A stretch of 47,553 nucleotides of DNA from Terrimicrobiaceae bacterium. GTDB lineage: Bacteria; Verrucomicrobiota; Verrucomicrobiia; Chthoniobacterales; Terrimicrobiaceae. The position numbers and the translations under genes were made by a program. Of this stretch, positions 11,559 to 21,011 are shown in pieces. The notes below the pieces were generated by a model. That model did not search any database, was not told the origin of the DNA, and saw only the letters and a list, made by a program, of their open reading frames with translations. The stretch spans positions 1 to 47,553 of the forward strand of contig JBIIPZ010000026.1 in NCBI GenBank assembly GCA_044342325.1, in the 5' to 3' direction. How positions within the stretch are numbered: position 1 is the stretch's first letter; each line of letters opens with the position of its first letter.

Positions 11559-11666
11559 GCTGGCTTGCCAAGCCGTAGTCTCGCAGCGGCGGGTGGGTCC
11601 GCCTGCGCGGCTGTCGCCGACTCCGGCGTGACAGCCTTCGCTCTTGCTGCGCTGCGAGCGAAGGCT
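11559..11666 (-). repeat. Multi-hairpin palindromic cassette between the tmRNA 3' end and the GIY-YIG pseudogene
   Basis: Stems AGCCTTCGCTC/GAGCGAAGGCT, GGCTGTC/GACAGCC, GGCGG/CCGCC and GGCTTG-G-CAAGCC (minus strand). Confidence 0.7.
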
Positions 11667-12018
11667 GGAGGCGACGGGAGTCGAACCCGTGTCCTTAAAA
11701 TGATCTACACAACCTTCTACATGTTTAGACGGTCTTTAATCTCGGAGTGGGCGGGCGAACCGTCACGCTTCCCTCTCCAGAGCGTCCACGAAATCGATTC
11801 ACCCGGGGTAGCGGTCGCTCCATCCCAGGCCAGCCTGCTGTCGTCGCATTCCGGACCAGCAGGCGTCAGCCGGAATGCGTCGTGGCTCAATTAGGCCGCG
11901 AGAGCGAGATCTTCGTAATCTGCATTTATTTGTTTGATCCGATTTTTTACGAGGCCAACGAATCATCCTCGACATGCGGGCTGGGCTTCACACTCAAAGT
12001 CGAAACCTTTACGCCCCC
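11666..12018 (-). ncRNA. ssrA: tmRNA (SsrA); tag peptide (A)ADYEDLALAA* at 11923-11891
   Basis: 5' GGGGGCG pairs with 3' CGCCTCC-A, including the G3:U alanine identity pair. T-arm ACGGGTTCGACTCCCGT. Resume context AATAAAT-GCA; tag ends LALAA-TAA. Confidence 0.96.
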
Positions 12019-12133
12019 TAATGGGGCATTCAAAATACGCGTGGTCTTTGAAAAAGCAAGCAGCGGTGTTTGCTGGATTTGTGGGCTTTTTTGCTGTGCG
12101 CTTTGTGATGGCGGCGGGTAGGTTCGGCACCTT

Positions 12134-14491
12134 ATGAGTTCGGAGCCTGATACGCAGAAGTCGCTGAAGGAAATGACGCGTGCCATCGCGGACCACGAGG
12201 GCGTGGTGAGCGTTCAGCCGGTTCCTGGCAAGTCGTCTTTTGAGATCGAATATGATCCTTCGGCACTGAGTGAGGAGGACTTGCGGCAAATCGCGGGTAG
12301 CCATGTGCCGGATGTGTCGCTTCAAAAGCGCACGATGCGATTGGATGGCAGTGCTTGCGAGGCCTGTGCGATCCGGTTGGAGAAAAGAGCCACAAAAATC
12401 CCCGGCGTTCGGAAAGCGACGGCGACCTACATTGGAAAGATTCTGTGCCTGACATTTGATGGTAAGCTTGTGGACGAGCACAGCGTGATGACTGCGCTGC
12501 GCGGGTTGGGTGCGGATGTGCGACCCTACGAACCATTGGCCGAGGCGGAGCAGGGTCTTTGGAGTCGAGTCAGGTCGGGTTCATTGAATGAGGAGATTTC
12601 CGCCGCGCTGGGTTTTGCTTTTTTGATTGCTTCTTTTATATGCGAGAAATCCCTCGGTAGCGGAGCGGTGGCTACACTGTCGCTCTATGCAGGAGCCTAT
12701 ATTTTCTGCGGTCAGCAGGGTGTGCGCTCGGCGATCGCTTCCCTGCGCGGCGGGGTGCTCGATGTGGATGTTCTTATGGTGCTGGCGGCGATCGGCGCCG
12801 GGATTGTCGGGCAGCCTTTCGAAGGCGCGCTGTTGTTGTTTCTTTTCGCGTTTTCCAATGTCTTGCAGAGTTACGCGCTTGAGCGCACGCAGCGGGCGAT
12901 CCACTCACTGCTGAAGTTGCGGCCAGACAAGGCGCTGGTGAAGCGTGATGGCGGCACGCAGATAGTTCGCGTCGAGGAGTTGAATGTCGGCGATGTTGTG
13001 GTGCTGCGACCGGGCGAGCATGTGCCTGTGGATGGAACCGTGGTGGAGGGCGCGAGCCATGTCGATGAATCCAGCCTCACTGGCGAGTCTATGCCGGTCA
13101 CCAAGGCCGTCGGCAATCCGGTTTTTGCCGGCACGCTCAATCAAAGCGGCGGCCTGGAATTTTCCGTCAGCAAGCGCGCGGAGGACTCCACACTCTCGCG
13201 CATGGTCAAGCTCGTTGAGGAGGCGCAGGCCGAGAAGTCCGGCACGCAGAGGTTTCTCGAGCAGGCGGAGCAATACTATGCAACCGGAGTGATCGCCTTC
13301 ACTGCGCTCGTCTTTGTGGTGCCGTTCTTTTTCATGGGAGAAAAATTCTCGGATGCTTTTTACAGGGCCATGACGGTGATGGTCGTGGCCTCGCCATGCG
13401 CGCTGGTCATCAGCACTCCGGCGACCGTGCTATCGGCGATCGGAGGTGCGGCGCGCCGTGGCATCTTGATCAAAGGCGGCTTGCACCTCGAGCGGACTGC
13501 ACAAATCGACATCGTGGCTTTCGATAAAACCGGCACGCTTACCGCAGGAAAGCCTGTCGTGACGGAGATGGTCGATGCCAGTGGAGTGCACAAGCTGGAC
13601 GCCACATTGCCTGCCCAGCTGGAAGAGTTGCTTTCGCAGACGGCCGCTCTGGAGGACAAGTCGGAACATCCTCTGGCTCGCGCAATCGTGAAAACCGCTC
13701 AAGCCCGTGGCATCAAGCTTCCCGAGGCAAAAGACTTTCAAGCGACAGCTGGCAAGGGGGCGGAGGCGTCGATCGGTGGTCGTCGACTGGTGGTCGGCAG
13801 CGAGCGTCTCTTTGCGGAACTCGATGCGGTTGGAATGGCTGCCATAGCCGCGCATGCGACATCTCTCGCTGCGAAGGGAAAAACCTGCGTGTGGACCGGG
13901 GTTCGCGATGGAGATTCTGTGACGGCCCTCGCCGTTCTCGCTCTCGCCGACACACTGCGACCCGAGGCGTTAAAAATTGTCGGTAGCCTCCATGCTTTGG
14001 GAGTGAAAAAAATCGTCATGCTCACGGGTGATCAAAAGGCTGTTGCGCATGCTATCGCCGAGGAGGCGGGCGTGGATGATGTTATGGCCGAGTTGCTCCC
14101 CGAGGGCAAAGTCGCTGCGATTCGCGAACTGAAAAAACAGGGCCGCGTCATGATGGTAGGTGACGGCGTGAACGACGCGCCTGCGCTGGCCACATCTGAT
14201 ATCGGCGTCGCGATGGGAGCTGCTGGAACGGATATCGCGATGGAGACGGCGGATATCGTGCTCATGGGTGACAAACTGGAAAACATTCCAATTCTGCTTG
14301 CGACCGCGCGCCATGCCAAACGCGTGCTCTGGCAAAATCTCACTTTTGCAGGCTCGGTGATCGTTGTTTTGTTGATTGCCGCTTTTGGAATCAACCTGCC
14401 GCTACCGATGGGCGTGGTGGGTCACGAAGGGAGCACGGTGCTGGTTTGTCTGAACGGTCTGCGTCTGCTCATCTACAAACCGAAAATGTGA
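12134..14491 (+). CDS. Heavy-metal-translocating P1B-type ATPase with P1B-4 signature
   Basis: TGES, SPC in the TM helix before DKTGT, SEHPL, GDGVNDAP and HEGST motifs; N-terminal HMA-like region with CEAC. Confidence 0.95.
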   Translation: MSSEPDTQKSLKEMTRAIADHEGVVSVQPVPGKSSFEIEYDPSALSEEDLRQIAGSHVPDVSLQKRTMRLDGSACEACAIRLEKRATKIPGVRKATATYIGKILCLTFDGKLVDEHSVMTALRGLGADVRPYEPLAEAEQGLWSRVRSGSLNEEISAALGFAFLIASFICEKSLGSGAVATLSLYAGAYIFCGQQGVRSAIASLRGGVLDVDVLMVLAAIGAGIVGQPFEGALLLFLFAFSNVLQSYALERTQRAIHSLLKLRPDKALVKRDGGTQIVRVEELNVGDVVVLRPGEHVPVDGTVVEGASHVDESSLTGESMPVTKAVGNPVFAGTLNQSGGLEFSVSKRAEDSTLSRMVKLVEEAQAEKSGTQRFLEQAEQYYATGVIAFTALVFVVPFFFMGEKFSDAFYRAMTVMVVASPCALVISTPATVLSAIGGAARRGILIKGGLHLERTAQIDIVAFDKTGTLTAGKPVVTEMVDASGVHKLDATLPAQLEELLSQTAALEDKSEHPLARAIVKTAQARGIKLPEAKDFQATAGKGAEASIGGRRLVVGSERLFAELDAVGMAAIAAHATSLAAKGKTCVWTGVRDGDSVTALAVLALADTLRPEALKIVGSLHALGVKKIVMLTGDQKAVAHAIAEEAGVDDVMAELLPEGKVAAIRELKKQGRVMMVGDGVNDAPALATSDIGVAMGAAGTDIAMETADIVLMGDKLENIPILLATARHAKRVLWQNLTFAGSVIVVLLIAAFGINLPLPMGVVGHEGSTVLVCLNGLRLLIYKPKM

Positions 14492-14527
14492 TTGCACGCA
14501 GGCGATCCCTGCGGCAATTTTCCGAAT

Positions 14528-15772
14528 ATGTCCGACGACAGTCAGTCTCCTCTCCAGAAGCTTGTTGATAAGCTCAGAAACTCACGGGATTTCACGATCT
14601 CCCTCCTGCTCCATGTGATTCTTGTATCGATCTTCGGTGGCGCCGTCCTTTTCGAAGCTGTTCAGGAGCCGCCGGACTTCGAAGGCGGTGGTGAGGGATT
14701 CGTTGGTAGTTCCGAGCCGGTCACTGCTCCTCCTCAGCAAACCCAGGTAGCGACTCCTACGCAGGACATGTCTGTGTTGGCCACTCCGGTGAATACCTCG
14801 GCGGTCAATGCGATCACGACGACGGCGACTTCACCGATGAATTTCAACATGTCGCAGATGGTCATGGCGCCGCCTGCGCCAGCGGCACCGACTACGATGT
14901 CCGCGCCGAAGCCAGTCGCGCCCTCTGCAGGCACCGGCATGCAGATGTCCGCAGCAGACGCCTCAGCGATCAAGGCCTTTACCACAGGGTGGGGCAAGGG
15001 AAGTGGTAGCGGTAGTGGCACCCGTAGCAGGGAGTTCGAATTTGTCGCTTACATTGGCCAATATGGTGGAGCCAATTCCGGCTGGGATTCCACAATCAGC
15101 ACCGTTGGCGACACCAAGGGCGTGATCAACAACGGAAGTCTTCCGAACCTCCTTGCCTACATGAGCACCCGCTCGAAGAACAAGGTCCGGACCAACTATG
15201 ACAAGGTGAAGGCTATTAAACTCGACTCCCAGGAGCTTTTCTCCGTGAAGCCGCCTTTCATTTTCATGACCGGTTCCAAGGATTTCCGCCTCACCGATGC
15301 AGAGGTAGAAAATCTTCGCAAATATGTCAGGCTCGGCGGGGCGATCTGGGGCGATAGCTCGGTGCCCGGACGCAATTCCCGCTTCGACTTGGCCTTCCGC
15401 CGAGAGATGAAGCGAGTCATTCCCGACAAAGACAAGGATTGGGAGGTCATCACCGTGCCGCCAGGAATCAATTTCTATAAAGAGCCTGTGTATGCGCTGA
15501 AAATTTACGGCGAGGTTGCGATTATCTATACGGCGAATGACTACGGCGACATGTGGCAGATCGGTCTTCTGCCCGATGGCAAAGTCGATATGCGTCGAAA
15601 CGAAAAAAATCAGCCTGTTGCCCTCAATGAGGTGATTTGGAACAACCGCAACATTTATCTTCGTAATATCTCAGAAGCTTCCCTCGATGTTTCCTACAAA
15701 TTCGGCACCAACCTTGTGCTCCACCTGCTGACCCGTTGGGATTCGAAGGTTAAGTCGGCGCCTTCGTTGTAA
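14528..15772 (+). CDS. Membrane-anchored DUF4159-like protein
   Basis: SLLLHVIL anchor, Pro/Thr/Ala-rich linker, then PFIFMTG...EVENLRKYVRLGGAIWGD and FGTNLV motifs. Confidence 0.75.
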   Translation: MSDDSQSPLQKLVDKLRNSRDFTISLLLHVILVSIFGGAVLFEAVQEPPDFEGGGEGFVGSSEPVTAPPQQTQVATPTQDMSVLATPVNTSAVNAITTTATSPMNFNMSQMVMAPPAPAAPTTMSAPKPVAPSAGTGMQMSAADASAIKAFTTGWGKGSGSGSGTRSREFEFVAYIGQYGGANSGWDSTISTVGDTKGVINNGSLPNLLAYMSTRSKNKVRTNYDKVKAIKLDSQELFSVKPPFIFMTGSKDFRLTDAEVENLRKYVRLGGAIWGDSSVPGRNSRFDLAFRREMKRVIPDKDKDWEVITVPPGINFYKEPVYALKIYGEVAIIYTANDYGDMWQIGLLPDGKVDMRRNEKNQPVALNEVIWNNRNIYLRNISEASLDVSYKFGTNLVLHLLTRWDSKVKSAPSL

Positions 15773-15801
15773 GAGATCAAAGCATTCAAGGTTGGGTTGT
15801 G

Positions 15802-17238
15802 TCACTGCTCGGGGCTCATAAGCGCGGCGGTGCGGCATTTGAGACGGAAGAGCAGCGACCCATCCTCAAATGCGCGCAGATTTTCCGGCCTGCTCCGGTC
15901 GAAATCCGCAAGGAACATCGCTTCGACATCGGCGGCGAACTTTTTATCGTGCACCGCCGCTGAGAGTTCGAAGTTCAGCATGAACGATCGGTAGTCGAAA
16001 TTGATTGAGCCAACGAGCGCCATGTCATCATCCGCGAGCAACACCTTCTGGTGCATGAACCCTGGCTCGTAACGCCAAACCTTGACTCCCGCCTCGCGCA
16101 GCTTCGGGTAGTAGGTGAATGAGGAGAGCCACGGAAGCGTGTGATCGGCCATGCGGGGAAGGATGATGCGAACATCCACGCCGCGAATCGCTGCGTGGCA
16201 GATGGCGTAAAGAAGCGGGCTCGAGGGAACAAAATACGGGCTGGCAATCCAAAGGCGACGGGTGGCGGAGTGTATGGTCGAGAGATATACCGCTGGGCAG
16301 ATGCTCCAGTTCTCGGCTGGACCGGAGGCAATTGGAAAGATGGTTGCCTCTCCGCCATGGACAAGGGATGGCGAGGGGAGTCGGAGCGGGGCAATTTCGT
16401 CAGTAGTGTAGTTCCAATCCTCCAAAAAAGAGAGCTGAAATCCTGCCACAGCGGGTCCTTCGATTCGGAGATGCGTGTCGCGCCACGGGCCGAAGCGGCG
16501 GCTCCAGCCCATGTATTCGTCGCCCACATTCAGGCCACCGAGGAAGGCGACTCGGGAGTCTGTGATGACCAGTTTGCGGTGGTTACGGAAGTTGATCTGG
16601 AAGTTTCGGCCGAACTGCCGGTTCGTAACGAATGCCTCTACCGAAATCCCCTCGCGGCGGAGATTTTCAGCCCATGAGGAGGCGAGTCTTTTCGAACCCA
16701 CTTGGTCATAGAGAACGCGGCATTGCACCCCTCGGCGGGCAGCGGCTGTGAGCTTGTCGGCGAGGGTGCGTCCGAGACGGTCGTCGTGAATGATGAAAAA
16801 TTGGACCCAGACGGATTCGGTGGCCGCATCGATGGATTGAAAAATGGAATCGAAGGTCGCTGTGCCATCGATGAGGAGTTGCACATGGTTCGATCCCGTG
16901 GCCGGCAGGCGAGAGAGATTTTCCGCCATCCGGGCCGGCTCGTTGAAAATGCCACGACATGTCGTTTTATAGCCGTCAAGGTGCCTGATGATTGCCTGCA
17001 TCGCATCATGAAGCGGGCCTGCTGGTGAGGCTGAAGCCAATAAATAACCGGCGAATCGCGACTCGCCAAAAACGAGGAACAAGGGGATGCCTATGATTGG
17101 TAAAACCACCAGCACGCCTGCCCAGGCTATTGCGGACTGCGGAGTCCGGGCGATCAGGATGGCCCGCATTGCGAGGGCAATGCCCACCACTTCGAGAAGA
17201 ATTGTGAGTGTGGCGTAGACTGGATTGAGAAACGACAC
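15802..17238 (-). CDS. cls: Cardiolipin synthase (PLD superfamily)
   Basis: Two N-terminal TM helices (PLDc_N) and two HKD motifs: NHRKLVITD...GGLN and HQKVLLAD...GSIN. Confidence 0.94.
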   Translation of the reverse strand: MSFLNPVYATLTILLEVVGIALAMRAILIARTPQSAIAWAGVLVVLPIIGIPLFLVFGESRFAGYLLASASPAGPLHDAMQAIIRHLDGYKTTCRGIFNEPARMAENLSRLPATGSNHVQLLIDGTATFDSIFQSIDAATESVWVQFFIIHDDRLGRTLADKLTAAARRGVQCRVLYDQVGSKRLASSWAENLRREGISVEAFVTNRQFGRNFQINFRNHRKLVITDSRVAFLGGLNVGDEYMGWSRRFGPWRDTHLRIEGPAVAGFQLSFLEDWNYTTDEIAPLRLPSPSLVHGGEATIFPIASGPAENWSICPAVYLSTIHSATRRLWIASPYFVPSSPLLYAICHAAIRGVDVRIILPRMADHTLPWLSSFTYYPKLREAGVKVWRYEPGFMHQKVLLADDDMALVGSINFDYRSFMLNFELSAAVHDKKFAADVEAMFLADFDRSRPENLRAFEDGSLLFRLKCRTAALMSPEQ

Positions 17239-17257
17239 AGGCTTTGTAGCAGGCGGA

Positions 17258-18064
17258 TCAAGGCGTGCGTGTCACATCATCCGCTGTCTCGGATGTGGGT
17301 AACTCTTGAGGCGCCGGCATCGGAGTTGGTGCACTATGCGGAGGATTCAAAGACGGGCTCTTTTCCATTTGAGCGAGCTTCAACTCATTCTGCAGAGTGG
17401 CGAGGCTGTCCGTCAGCTTGCGCGATTGTTTTTTCAAATGCACGAGCGGCTCCATAACTTTTGAGAGCAGGAGGATGCCAAATGCGGCGGTGCTCAAAAT
17501 TAACAGCGGAATAAGACCCCATATGATCATTTCCAGAAATTCCACTTCGCGGCGGAATTCCTGCATCGAAGCGAAAAGCCGGATATCGATCGCTCCGATG
17601 AAGGTGGAAAGCCCATTGTCGGTTTTCTCTCTCAAGGTCTTTTGATCCGTGTTGTAGGGAGGCGCAGCGGCGAGAAGTTTGGTATTGTTTGTGGCGATGT
17701 CATCCAGGCGGTCGAGGTCCGATGCGGGGAATAGGAGGGCGGGGCGTTTTAGTTTTTTGAGCAATTCTATGCTTTCGGCTGCTTTCGCCGCACTCTCCGG
17801 CATGGGTTGTGGCTCCTGCGGACTGCCGGACTCCGCATTGTTGGAGGATTTCCAATTCGCGCGGGCATCGCGCAAGGCATCGTTCAAAATCTCTCTTCCT
17901 CTCAAGAGCAGAGCCTGATCTGCCAAAATGCCATTCTGGATTGCGTTGTATCTCAGGGCCAGAAGCGCCAGGCCAATCTCCAGAATCAAGAGCGCTCCAA
18001 AGCAGGAGAGGAAAAGAATGCGAATGGCTCCGAGGTTTACTTTTTTTGATCTGTTGTCCGGCAT
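17258..18064 (-). CDS. Two-TM membrane protein with helical extracytoplasmic domain and HAMP-like/coiled-coil tail
   Basis: Two hydrophobic segments, then VMEPLVHLK and a heptad-rich segment. Starts 7 nt after the kinase stop. Confidence 0.65.
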   Translation of the reverse strand: MPDNRSKKVNLGAIRILFLSCFGALLILEIGLALLALRYNAIQNGILADQALLLRGREILNDALRDARANWKSSNNAESGSPQEPQPMPESAAKAAESIELLKKLKRPALLFPASDLDRLDDIATNNTKLLAAAPPYNTDQKTLREKTDNGLSTFIGAIDIRLFASMQEFRREVEFLEMIIWGLIPLLILSTAAFGILLLSKVMEPLVHLKKQSRKLTDSLATLQNELKLAQMEKSPSLNPPHSAPTPMPAPQELPTSETADDVTRTP

Positions 18065-18071
18065 AAAAAAT

Positions 18072-20042
18072 TCAGGAGGACAGTGGTGGTGTGGAGAGGG
18101 CATCCTGAATCGCTTGGAGAATAATCCGCGAGTTGCAGGGCTTCGAAAGGATGGCGTGAACGCCGAGTTCGTAAGCTGAGTTTTTTCCGGCAGATGAACC
18201 GAATCCGCTTGTGCAAATAATTTTTACGGATGGGTTTAATTTCTTGAGTGCCGCAATGAGCGCGGGGCCGTCCATGCCAGGCATGGCCATATCTGTAATA
18301 ACCAAGCGCACATTGCGCTCATGCTGCGAGTAGAGCGCTAATCCTTGCTCGCCATCCTCGGCGGGAATGACGCGATAGCCGGATTTTTCGAGCGAGCGGG
18401 TCATGACCTTGAGCACTGTTGACTCGTCATCTACGAGCAGGATCGTTTCCCCATGGCCTGAGGTTTGCCGCTCCTCTGCGGAGGGGGCGGATGCGGGCCG
18501 ATGCTCGGCAGGGGCGAGTGATGCTGGAAGGAATGCGTGGAATGAGGAACCGCAGCCCTCCTCGGTATCGAGCGTGAGAAAGCCTCCGTGGTTGCGAATA
18601 ATCCCAACGGCTGTGGCAAGGCCCAGTCCGGTGCCTTTTTCCGGCCCCTTGGTGGTAAAGAAAGGTTCGAAGATTTTTTTTCGCAGAGGGCGAGGGATGC
18701 CATGGCCGGTATCGCTCACGGTGATTCGCACATAGTTGCCAGGTTTTGCTTGGGGGTGCTGTTTTGCGAAACTTTCGTCGACTCGGAAATTCGAGGCTTC
18801 GAGTCTGAGTCGCCCTCCATCAGGCATGGCATCGCGGGCGTTGACGGAGAAGTTTAGTAACACCTGCTCAATTTGGGTCGGATTGCCCAGAACGGCATGA
18901 ATGTTTTCCTGCACCGAGACTTGGAGGTGAATGGTTTTTGGAAATGTCGGACGGATGAAATTTGTGACCTCAGAAATAAGTTCAGGAATATCCACTGCGC
19001 GTTGCTCGGCGCGGACACCGCTGGAGAAAGTGAGAATCTGCCGCACGAGCTCCGTCGCACGGCGGAGGTTCGCCTCCACGGCATCAAGCATTTCCCGACT
19101 CTCGGCGTCTGGCAACCGATGGCGGAGCAAATCGAGAAACATCGAGATCGGTTGTAGAACATTGTTCAAATCATGCGCGATACCTCCCGCCAGAGTTCCG
19201 ACACACTCGTGACGGTGTGAGCGAAGTCTGTCTTCTTTGAGTTGGCGCAGTTCCCCTGCATCCTCGCTCAAAACGAGGATCTCCTCCGGCTTTCCATTGC
19301 CGGCATGGAGCAAAACCCAACGCAGGAATAGTTCCATTTCCCCACCGTGATTCGCGACGATGCGTATCTCGCTCGACCATTCGCCGCTCTCTTGAACGGT
19401 GCGTAAGGCTGTTTGAAAGGCCTCGGGTTGCAGCGACATGCTGGAAGGGAGTTTTTTTCCAAGGACTTCACTGGCATTGAGCCCGTAGAGACGCTCGGCT
19501 CCGGAACTCCACTGCGTGATGACCCCATCCAGAGTCTGGGTAAAAATAACCTCAGCTGGTTTTTCAAAAAATACGGCCTGGGCGCGGGCGTGATCCTCCG
19601 TGCGACGCTGAACGGAACGGTCGTTGATTGCGCAGTAAATGACCTCGCCGCCACTTGTGGACGAAGCATCGATCGTGACATCGCGGGTCGATCCGTCCAT
19701 GCAGCGCAGACAGGCTGGAAATCCATGGGCTTTTGCGGCATGGCGAACAGATGCCATGAGATCGTGAAATTCAAATCCTGTGAGCAAAAATTCTTCAAGC
19801 GGGTGTCCTTCGAATTCCTCCTTGGCGTAGCCTAAAAATTCCAAGGCGGCCTTGTTGGCTTGAAGAATCCGACCATCTGCGGAGAGTTTCCAAAGAACGC
19901 ACGGCAAAACATCCCAGCAGTGTTCGATTTCGGGTGTGCAAACCGCTTTGGACTCCTGGTTGGCCTTCGCCTGCGCGCTTGGTTTTGGAAAGGCCAAAAC
20001 CGGAATAGTGGAATCCGCTTGTGGGATTGGTTTTTTAGACAT
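18072..20042 (-). CDS. Cytoplasmic hybrid sensor kinase, PAS-PAS-HisKA-HATPase-REC (CckA-like)
   Basis: LAGGIAHDLNN (H-box), QVLLN, DTGHG, FEPFFTTK and GTGLGL motifs; REC domain LLVDDE...TDMAMPGMDG...KP. Confidence 0.94.
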   Translation of the reverse strand: MSKKPIPQADSTIPVLAFPKPSAQAKANQESKAVCTPEIEHCWDVLPCVLWKLSADGRILQANKAALEFLGYAKEEFEGHPLEEFLLTGFEFHDLMASVRHAAKAHGFPACLRCMDGSTRDVTIDASSTSGGEVIYCAINDRSVQRRTEDHARAQAVFFEKPAEVIFTQTLDGVITQWSSGAERLYGLNASEVLGKKLPSSMSLQPEAFQTALRTVQESGEWSSEIRIVANHGGEMELFLRWVLLHAGNGKPEEILVLSEDAGELRQLKEDRLRSHRHECVGTLAGGIAHDLNNVLQPISMFLDLLRHRLPDAESREMLDAVEANLRRATELVRQILTFSSGVRAEQRAVDIPELISEVTNFIRPTFPKTIHLQVSVQENIHAVLGNPTQIEQVLLNFSVNARDAMPDGGRLRLEASNFRVDESFAKQHPQAKPGNYVRITVSDTGHGIPRPLRKKIFEPFFTTKGPEKGTGLGLATAVGIIRNHGGFLTLDTEEGCGSSFHAFLPASLAPAEHRPASAPSAEERQTSGHGETILLVDDESTVLKVMTRSLEKSGYRVIPAEDGEQGLALYSQHERNVRLVITDMAMPGMDGPALIAALKKLNPSVKIICTSGFGSSAGKNSAYELGVHAILSKPCNSRIILQAIQDALSTPPLSS

Positions 20043-20141
20043 GCAGAAAAGCGCTTAACAAAAGGCTAAATTGTTTGAGTTGAGAGTCAATGGCAAGGGC
20101 TGCCTATCGTTATACCGTTGTATATTATCCCTGAAGGCGAG

Positions 20142-20161
20142 TTGTTACGAAAAAGTAACAA
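20142..20161. promoter_or_regulatory. Candidate operator / Pho-box-like site
   Basis: Perfect inverted repeat TTGTTAC-GAAAAA-GTAACAA, which also reads as an 11-bp-period direct repeat TTGTTAC-GAAA-AAGTAAC. Ends 49 nt upstream of ATG 20211. Confidence 0.45.
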
Positions 20162-20210
20162 TTCCCGGTTTCTAGTTATCCAAGCTGTCGGCGGATAAAT
20201 CATCCCCAGC

Positions 20211-21011
20211 ATGACAACGCGTTATCGCACCGGCTGGATTTCCGATGTTCACCTTGGCACGCGCGGAAGCAAGGCCGGCGTCCTCCTCGAATTTCTCAAG
20301 GATGTGGAGTTCGACACCCTCTACCTTGTCGGCGATCTCATCGACATTTGGGCCCTGCGCCGGGGCATCTACTGGCCGCAGGAACACAACGATGTCATTC
20401 AAAAGCTTCTGCGCAAAGGCAGGAAGGGAACTGAGATCATCTACATCATTGGCAACCACGATGAATTCCTCTCCGCCTTTCACGGACACTACGCAAGCGT
20501 GACGCTCCAAAAAAATGCCATCCACGAAACGGCGAACGGCCGTCGACTGCTCATCATGCACGGCCATGAGCTCGATACTGTTGTCCAAAATATGGGCTGG
20601 CTCGCGCACCTAGGAGACATCGGCTATGTCCTGCTGATGCGGTGCAATTGGATCGTCAATTTGATCCGCCGCCTCGCCGGTCTTGGGCACTGGTCTCTGA
20701 GTGCCTATGTGAAGGCCGAGGTCAAAAATGTCGTCAGCTTCATCGGGAAATTCGAGGAGTCCATCGTGCGATACGCCAAGGATTACAAGGTGGACGGTGT
20801 CCTCTGCGGGCATATCCACACGGCCTCCGTCCGTGAGATCGACGGAACGGCTTATTACAACTGTGGCGATTGGGTTGAAAGCTGCACGGCCATGGTGGAG
20901 CACTTCGATGGACGCATGGAGCTTCTCCATTTCGACCAGTCGGTGGAACCCGTAAAAAATTCCCAACGCGAGTCATTGCAGGATCAGGAAACGACCGCAC
21001 TCACGGCTTAA
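20211..21011 (+). CDS. Metallophosphoesterase of the UDP-2,3-diacylglucosamine hydrolase-like family, PlcP-like
   Basis: SDVHLG, LVGDLID, YWPQEHNDVIQKLLRK, GNHDE, HG, CGHIH and NCGDWVESCTA motifs. Confidence 0.88.
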   Translation: MTTRYRTGWISDVHLGTRGSKAGVLLEFLKDVEFDTLYLVGDLIDIWALRRGIYWPQEHNDVIQKLLRKGRKGTEIIYIIGNHDEFLSAFHGHYASVTLQKNAIHETANGRRLLIMHGHELDTVVQNMGWLAHLGDIGYVLLMRCNWIVNLIRRLAGLGHWSLSAYVKAEVKNVVSFIGKFEESIVRYAKDYKVDGVLCGHIHTASVREIDGTAYYNCGDWVESCTAMVEHFDGRMELLHFDQSVEPVKNSQRESLQDQETTALTA

